From the NCBI RefSeq assembly GCF_021869535.1, contig NW_026262581.1:102610001-102674000 (forward strand): DNA of 64,000 nucleotides, in the 5' to 3' direction. Both the position numbers and the translations under genes were made by a program. The notes beneath the pieces were generated by a model that saw nothing but the letters and a program-made list of their open reading frames with translations, made no database searches and was not told the DNA's origin. Positions 63,291-64,000 of the stretch are shown piece after piece (within the stretch, counting starts at the first letter, position 1; each line of letters starts with the position of its first letter). This stretch comes from Mytilus californianus. Lineage: Eukaryota.

Positions 63291-63578
63291 ATTGTTCTTT
63301 GTGTCCTGGTACATCAGGATGATCTAATTCATTCTGTCTTGATATCTGATGTTGTACAGTCTGTAATGGAGCAGAAAAAGTATATAAGCTATATTAGAAC
63401 TCATAAATACAAACAAACAATTATGTCTAATGGCATAAAATTATTAAAATTGCTAGATTCTTTGAATGTTTCATTGAAATCCAGACAAGTGAAGCAGTTT
63501 CAGACAATTAGATTGTTGACTTCTTCTATTCCTATAGATACTAGTGTTTTTATAACAGTGAATAAGATAGAAATTTTT
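63291..63578 (+). CDS. Candidate 288-bp internal exon (phase 0-0), unidentified protein
   Basis: Acceptor CTTTTCTTTATGGCTTTCAG, 96 open codons IVLCVLVHQDDLIHSVLISDVVQSVMEQ..NKIEIF, donor TTT|GTGAGT. Confidence 0.4.
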
Positions 63579-64000
63579 GTGAGTCATTTATTTGGATCAT
63601 CTACATTCTAGTTATATTTACATGTAGTAGTTGAGATTCACACCTCTGTATTTACAATATACATGTAACTAGTTCACAATTTCAGGAATACAATGTATGT
63701 TAATTGTAGTTCCTTTGAAAAATAAGAAGAAAGTTCCATACATGGCTGCTATGTCTTAGAATATATAATCATTTGGTTAACAGGAAGTTGATGAGCAAAA
63801 AATCTGAAAATGCAAAACACGTCATATAGAATGTTCACATGAAGACAGGTCCTAAATTTTTGGAAGCTCCAATTTTTAGTTTCCTTGAAAAATGCAACAG
63901 ATTTCATACACAGTTATTATTGAGAAAAAGAATAAATTAATTTTTTTATCTTCTGAAAATGACTCTCAAGGTTGATCTGTATTAAATGTCACGTCACAGT

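Overview
AT-rich eukaryotic DNA made almost entirely of repeats. The repeat families look like those of a bivalve mollusc, probably Mytilus (recognised from memory, not by database search). No bacterial-type operons, rRNA, true tRNA genes or CRISPR arrays were found. Main structure: (1) an ~7 kb diverged direct duplication (about 1838-13768 and 15484-22268). It contains a nested stack: a KRBA2/SCAND3-like integrase split by a Harbinger-like TIR element with a CTG target duplication, which in copy 1 only carries a degenerate Ngaro-type tyrosine-recombinase retrotransposon (gag, RT/RNase H, YR). (2) A decayed Gypsy LTR retrotransposon (about 29136-37607) with an HhH-like gag N-terminus, a PHD finger after the integrase and an extra downstream ORF. 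(3) A 156-N assembly gap, then a decayed APE-RT LINE (37764-41990) with nested insertions. (4) A 5.3 kb segment (42994-48249) bounded by split direct repeats (A..BA..B) with no recognisable RT or recombinase. (5) SINEs, MITEs, HINE/Pearl-like elements, minisatellites and three hammerhead-core-like motifs. (6) A recent ~1.4 kb tandem duplication, an hAT remnant with a 5-bp TSD and probable host-gene exons near the right end. Coordinates were read by eye, and the outer boundaries of decayed elements are approximate.
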